From contig JAPLKZ010000009.1 of NCBI GenBank assembly GCA_026387835.1, positions 1-10,787 of the forward strand: a DNA stretch of 10,787 nucleotides, read 5' to 3'. The translations under genes were made by a program, and so were the position numbers. This document shows positions 6,581 through 10,787 of the stretch, one piece after another. This DNA comes from Candidatus Saganbacteria bacterium (GTDB lineage: Bacteria; Margulisbacteria; WOR-1; JAKLHX01). Under the pieces are notes generated by a model, which worked only from the letters and a program-made list of their open reading frames with translations, had not been told where the DNA came from and made no database searches. Position 1 is the stretch's first letter, and every line of letters begins with the position of its first letter.

Positions 6581-7834
6581 ATGGGGAAGACCATAGCGGA
6601 AAAGATACTGTCCTCTCACAGCAAAAGCGATTCGCGTGCCGGAGACATAGTAATCGCCGATCTAGATTTCATGATCGGCCAGGACGGCACTTCGGGCATC
6701 GCGATAGACGTCTTCAGGAAAATGGAAGCGAAGAAGGTCTTTGATCCCGCAAAGATCGCGATAATCATAGACCACAGCTCCCCTTCCCCGAACGAAGGAG
6801 TATCTGCGATACACAAAAAGATCCGCGAGTTCGCCGGGGAACAGGGGATCCATCTTTATGATATCGGCTGCGGTGTCTGCCACCAGATAACTCCCGAAAT
6901 GGGATTTGTCGTGCCGGGTGACCTTGTGATAGGAGCGGATTCTCACACCTGCACATACGGCGCGATAAACGTTTTTTCGACTGGCATAGGATCCACGGAC
7001 CTTGCCGCGGGGATGATATCCGGAAAATTATGGTTCAAGGTCCCCGAAACGATAAAGTTTGTCGTGAACGGAAAAATGCCGAAGGGCGTCTATTCAAAAG
7101 ACCTTATCCTTAAGGTGATCGGCGACACCGGCGCCGGCGGCGCGACATATGACTCGGCCGAATTCACGGGAGAAGCGATAGGCCGCCTTTCCGTCGACGC
7201 GCGCTTCACGATCTCGAATATGGCGATCGAGATGGGGGCCAAAGCCGGACTTATGAATGCCGACAGTAAGACCTTAGAATGGATCAAAAAACATTCAAAG
7301 AAAAGACCGTTCCCTGTGGAATCCGATAAAGATGCCGTGTTTAAAAAGATCATCGAGATCGACGCGTCATCACTGGTCCCGTCGGTAGCAAAGCCTCATA
7401 CTGTCGATAATTACTCCTCTGTCGAGGATGTTGAGGGCACGCCCGTGCAGCAGGCTGTCATCGGAACATGCACTAACGGAAGGCTTGAAGACCTAAGTAT
7501 CGCCGCAAGTATCCTGAAAGGAAAAAAGATCAATAAAGACTGCAGGATGATAATCGCCCCCGCATCAAAGTCGATATTTCTGGAAGCGATGAAGAAAGGG
7601 ATCGTTGAGGCCCTGATCGATGCCGGAGCCGTTTTTGTCACGCCAGGATGCGGCCCTTGCGTCGGCACCCACAACGGCGTGCCGTCGGACGGGGAAAAAG
7701 TGATCTCGACGGCCAACAGGAATTTTAAAGGCAGGATGGGCAATACAAAAGCCGAGATATTCCTCGCTTCTCCCGCGACAGTGGCCGCTTCGGCGCTGGA
7801 AGGAAAAATAACCGACCCGAGAAAATATCTTTGA
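6581..7834 (+). CDS. leuC: 3-isopropylmalate dehydratase large subunit-like (LeuC/HacA-type aconitase family)
   Basis: TIAEKILSSHS; GQDGTSGIAIDVF; IDHSSPSPNEG; GVCHQITPEMGFVVPGDLVIGADSHTCTYGA; GIGSTDLAAGMISGKLWFKVPETIKF; EMGAKAGL; [4Fe-4S] cysteine motifs GTCTNGR and TPGCGPCVGTHNGV. Confidence 0.9.
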   Translation: MGKTIAEKILSSHSKSDSRAGDIVIADLDFMIGQDGTSGIAIDVFRKMEAKKVFDPAKIAIIIDHSSPSPNEGVSAIHKKIREFAGEQGIHLYDIGCGVCHQITPEMGFVVPGDLVIGADSHTCTYGAINVFSTGIGSTDLAAGMISGKLWFKVPETIKFVVNGKMPKGVYSKDLILKVIGDTGAGGATYDSAEFTGEAIGRLSVDARFTISNMAIEMGAKAGLMNADSKTLEWIKKHSKKRPFPVESDKDAVFKKIIEIDASSLVPSVAKPHTVDNYSSVEDVEGTPVQQAVIGTCTNGRLEDLSIAASILKGKKINKDCRMIIAPASKSIFLEAMKKGIVEALIDAGAVFVTPGCGPCVGTHNGVPSDGEKVISTANRNFKGRMGNTKAEIFLASPATVAASALEGKITDPRKYL

Positions 7835-8157
7835 TGCTGTTGAACAGGACTTTTTGGGCGCTCGTGGCGATCTTTTTATCATGTATCGTGATATTTATTT
7901 TCGTCCTGCCGCCTGCCGGTCCTGATGAAGCGATTGATCAACAAGCGGGATACAAGACTTATGCAAAAGAAATATCCGGTTCGTGGGACAATATCACGTC
8001 AAAGTACGGCATCCCCGGATCTTTGGATGTAGATCTTTTTATCCCCGCGATCGTGGGTTTTGCGGGTATAGGAATGGTGTTGGGAACGGATATTTGGATG
8101 AGGAGGAGGAACAAAGATGCTATTAAAAGGTTTTTCTCACACTTTAAAAATAAGTGA
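7834..8157 (+). CDS. small two-TM membrane protein of unknown function between leuC and leuD (alternative TTG start at 7831)
   Basis: MLLNRTFWALVAIFLSCIVIFIFVLPPAG (TM1), about 40-aa polar loop, VDLFIPAIVGFAGIGMVLGTDIWMRRRNK (TM2 plus basic tail). TGATG coupling to the leuC stop; 3' end overlaps leuD by 41 bp. Confidence 0.72.
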   Translation: MLLNRTFWALVAIFLSCIVIFIFVLPPAGPDEAIDQQAGYKTYAKEISGSWDNITSKYGIPGSLDVDLFIPAIVGFAGIGMVLGTDIWMRRRNKDAIKRFFSHFKNK

Positions 8158-8620
8158 TGATATAAACACGGATTACATAATCTCCGGCCGCTACAAGTTC
8201 AAGATACAGGACCCGGACGAGCTTGCCAAACATATCATGGAAGACATCGACCCCGATTTTTACGGCAAGATCAAGTCTGGGGATTTTATAGTTGCCGGAA
8301 AGAATTTCGGATGCGGCTCTTCGCGCGAGCAGGCCCCGATGGCGATCAAGCACGCGGGAATAAGTGCTGTCATCGCAAGATCTTTCGCCAGGATATTTTA
8401 CAGGAACTGCTTCAATCTCGGCCTGCCTTTGATAGAATGCGACACATCAGGCATATCAGAAAAGGACGAACTCGAGATCGACATGGATAACGGCGTGTTA
8501 AAGGACCTGACAAAAGGAATAAATATTAAAATAAAACCTTTTCCAAAAACAATGCAGACTTTGCTTGCTGACGGAGGGCTTGTCAGACATTTTAAAAAAC
8601 ACGGCGGTTTCGGATTATAA
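8117..8620 (+). CDS. leuD: 3-isopropylmalate dehydratase small subunit-like (LeuD-type swivel domain)
   Basis: [97 protein letters not shown]. Confidence 0.92.
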   Translation: MLLKGFSHTLKISDDINTDYIISGRYKFKIQDPDELAKHIMEDIDPDFYGKIKSGDFIVAGKNFGCGSSREQAPMAIKHAGISAVIARSFARIFYRNCFNLGLPLIECDTSGISEKDELEIDMDNGVLKDLTKGINIKIKPFPKTMQTLLADGGLVRHFKKHGGFGL

Positions 8621-8629
8621 GGAGGTCTT

Positions 8630-9064
8630 ATGAACGAACTTACTATCTGCATCCAGCTTCTTGTTTCAATGGTCCTCGGAGGAGCGATAGGGATAATAAG
8701 AGAAAGGGATAAAAAAGCGGCCGGTTTAAGGACTCACATCCTTGTCTCGGTCGGCTCGACCCTCTTAATGCAGCTTTCCGTTTATATGGCTTTCAAATAC
8801 ACGGGATCCGATGCCGGAAGGATAGCCGCACAGGTGGTTACCGGTATAGGTTTCATCGGCGCCGGAACAATAATGCAGGACAAGGGCTTGATCAGGGGCC
8901 TTACTACCGCGGCTTCGATATGGGTAGCTTCGGCGATCGGGCTTGCTGTCGGATGCGGCTTTTACTTGGGTGCCATTTTTGCTACTTTGATCTCGCTGGT
9001 CGCGATCGAGCTTTTCAGGGACATCGAAAAGAAATATATCCGCAAGGACGGTCAGGAAAACTGA
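8630..9064 (+). CDS. MgtC/SapB family membrane protein
   Basis: LVSMVLGGAIGIIRERDKKAAGLRTHILVSVGSTLLM; GRIAAQVVTGIGFIGAGTIMQDKGLIRGLTTAASIWVASAIGLAVGCGFY. GGAGG SD upstream. Confidence 0.92.
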   Translation: MNELTICIQLLVSMVLGGAIGIIRERDKKAAGLRTHILVSVGSTLLMQLSVYMAFKYTGSDAGRIAAQVVTGIGFIGAGTIMQDKGLIRGLTTAASIWVASAIGLAVGCGFYLGAIFATLISLVAIELFRDIEKKYIRKDGQEN

Positions 9065-9087
9065 TATAATATCTCCGGAGGTGCCGC

Positions 9088-9768
9088 ATGTTTTTTGACT
9101 GGACTTTTATTCTTCTTATACCGGCCATGCTACTTGCCGTTTATGCCCGGTTCAAGGTCAGCTCGACATATGAAAAGTTCTCGAAGGTCAAGACATCGGC
9201 AGGCATTCCCGGGTCCCAGCTTGCGAGGAACCTGCTGGACAGGAACGGGCTCGGCAACATTGCCGTCGAACAGGTACCCGGCGAACTCACCGATAATTAT
9301 GACCCGAGGGATAAAAAGCTCAGGCTCTCAAGCGGAGTGTACAACAGCTCTTCTGTAGCCGCGTTCGGCATAGTGGCTCACGAGACCGGGCACGCGGTCC
9401 AGGATATAAAGGCGTACTTCCCTCTTAAATTCAGATCGAGCATAGTCCCTGTTTCCAACATCGGGTCCCAGCTGTCCATACCGCTTTTTTTTGCGGGGCT
9501 TATTTTCAGCTACGGGCCGCTTATGGATGCCGGAATAATTCTTTTCTCATTCGCCGTATTTTTCACTCTGGTAACTCTTCCGGTAGAATTTAACGCGAGC
9601 AGCAGAGCGATGCAGATGCTTTCTTCCAGCGGTTACGCATCCGAACAAGAGCTCGGCATGGCAAAAAAGGTGCTTGATGCCGCGGCCCTTACATATGTGG
9701 CCGCGACCGCGATGGCGGTGATGCAGCTTTTGCGGCTGATAGCTCTTCGCGGCTCGAGAGATGACTAA
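9088..9768 (+). CDS. zinc metallopeptidase, YugP-like membrane family
   Basis: GLGNIAVEQVPGELTDNYDPRDKKLRLSSGVYNSSSVAAFGIVAHETGHAVQD zinc-binding HETGH; multiple TM segments; LPVEFNASSRAMQML. GGAGG SD upstream. Confidence 0.9.
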   Translation: MFFDWTFILLIPAMLLAVYARFKVSSTYEKFSKVKTSAGIPGSQLARNLLDRNGLGNIAVEQVPGELTDNYDPRDKKLRLSSGVYNSSSVAAFGIVAHETGHAVQDIKAYFPLKFRSSIVPVSNIGSQLSIPLFFAGLIFSYGPLMDAGIILFSFAVFFTLVTLPVEFNASSRAMQMLSSSGYASEQELGMAKKVLDAAALTYVAATAMAVMQLLRLIALRGSRDD

Positions 9769-10645
9769 GACATTAATTTTATTCGGGCCTACCGCATCGG
9801 GAAAAACAGACCTCTCTATCGAGCTCGCAAGGCATCTTGACGGTGAAATAATTTCCGCCGATTCAATGCAGGTCTACCGCTACATGGACATCGGCACGGC
9901 AAAAGCTTCGAAAGAACAGAGAGGCCTTATCCCGCATCATCTTATTGATATTGTAGATCCTGACGAAGAATGGACCGTTTCAAGCTTTATCGATTCGGCA
10001 AAACAAAGTATCGGGGAGATCGTCAAAAGAAAGAAACAGCCCGTAATGGTCGGGGGGACCGGATTATATCTGAACGCATTCATAAACGGCTACTCCTTCC
10101 CTATCGCCGCCAAGGACGACGGCATCAGAAAAAAACTTTCATCCTGTGATACCGCGGTATTATATGAAAGGCTAAAGACCATAGACCCCAGATCCGCGGA
10201 AAAGATAAATGCTAACGATAAAAAACGCATCATAAGAGCGCTTGAGGTGTATGAACAGACCGGCAGGCCTATATCGGAGCTTCAGAAAAAGGACAGGGAT
10301 AAAGACCTTAAGTTGTTCTGCCTGGATGCGGACAGGGAAGTTCTTTACATGAGGATAGGCAACAGAGTCGACGATATGATAAAAAAAGGCCTTGAGGATG
10401 AGGTCTATCGGCTGCTTAAAAAAGGCTACTCAAAAGACCTTGTATCCATGCAGGCTTTGGGCTACAAAGAGATGGCTGACCATATCGAGGGAAAAAGAGA
10501 TCTGGCGGACACGGTCTCCCTGATCAAGCAGAGGACAAGGAACTTTGCCAGGAGACAGCTGACCTGGTTCAGGAGATTTGAAGATGTGATCAGGATAAAC
10601 ATCTCTTCCAAGAAACAGGCTTTAGAGATACTGTCACTTATCTGA
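9761..10645 (+). CDS. miaA: tRNA dimethylallyltransferase
   Basis: LILFGPTASGKTDLSIELA P-loop; GEIISADSMQVYRYMDIGTAKAS; PHHLIDIVDPDEEWTV; VMVGGTGLYLNAF; DKKRIIRALEVYEQTGRPIS; QALGYKEM; IKQRTRNFARRQLTWFRR. Overlaps the upstream gene by 8 bp. Confidence 0.96.
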   Translation: MTKTLILFGPTASGKTDLSIELARHLDGEIISADSMQVYRYMDIGTAKASKEQRGLIPHHLIDIVDPDEEWTVSSFIDSAKQSIGEIVKRKKQPVMVGGTGLYLNAFINGYSFPIAAKDDGIRKKLSSCDTAVLYERLKTIDPRSAEKINANDKKRIIRALEVYEQTGRPISELQKKDRDKDLKLFCLDADREVLYMRIGNRVDDMIKKGLEDEVYRLLKKGYSKDLVSMQALGYKEMADHIEGKRDLADTVSLIKQRTRNFARRQLTWFRRFEDVIRINISSKKQALEILSLI

Positions 10646-10648
10646 TCC

Positions 10649-10787
10649 TCACCACGCATCAAGCCTGAGCAGGCCGTCGATCTCTGCCGCGACATCCCTG
10701 ACCCTGGCCAGCATATAGCAGAACTGCGCGCGTGTAAGCGGCTTGTCAGGCTCGAAATTGTTCCCCTTGATATAGTCCAGCAGACCC
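10649..10787 (-). CDS. C-terminal fragment of a protein with an S-layer-homology-like motif; N-terminal part off the right edge
   Basis: Manual translation (not in the ORF track): ...GLLDYIKGNNFEPDKPLTRAQFCYMLARVRDVAAEIDGLLRLDAW*. G..F.P..PLTRAQF..ML.R resembles the SLH G-F-x-P-x-x-x-x-TRAEF motif. Confidence 0.5.
   Translation of the reverse strand, partial: GLLDYIKGNNFEPDKPLTRAQFCYMLARVRDVAAEIDGLLRLDAW

Noticed and set aside
7090-7882. Several - strand ORFs (88, 110, 105 aa)
   Set aside because: Antisense to leuC whose coding frame is continuous and motif-rich.
1-10787. tRNA/rRNA genes, transposases, phage, toxin-antitoxin or defence modules
   Set aside because: Scanning both strands and all listed ORFs showed no motif-supported candidates inside the window.

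Overview
The window is 10.8 kb of ordinary bacterial chromosome carrying mostly housekeeping and biosynthetic genes. + strand genes: pyrE, a divergent hisB-like gene, a TPR-like unknown, leuC-like, a 2-TM unknown, leuD-like, mgtC-like, a YugP-like zinc metallopeptidase and miaA. - strand genes: rnc, pyrC, a short lipoprotein secretin and a zinc-ribbon/TPM protein. Two edge-truncated genes are absent from the supplied ORF track: an FGE-sulfatase (SUMF1-like) N-terminal part at 1-457 (-) and an SLH-like C-terminus at 10649-10787 (-). I found no convincing multi-gene novel system. The observations most worth checking are: (1) overlapping divergent sigma70-type promoters between rnc and the TPR gene; (2) a recurring arrangement in which a -10 element lies 7-10 nt before the ATG of genes with no Shine-Dalgarno (pyrE, TPM gene, rnc), suggesting leaderless mRNAs; (3) a compact nested inverted-repeat (MITE-like) element, 3342-3529, inside the pyrC-secretin gap; (4) an uncharacterised two-TM protein embedded and overlapping between leuC and leuD; (5) a minimal orphan lipoprotein secretin beside a cytoplasmic-looking zinc-ribbon TPM protein; (6) an FGE/C-type-lectin-fold protein whose C-terminus should be examined for a diversity-generating retroelement. 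All product names come from motif recognition by eye; no database search was run.
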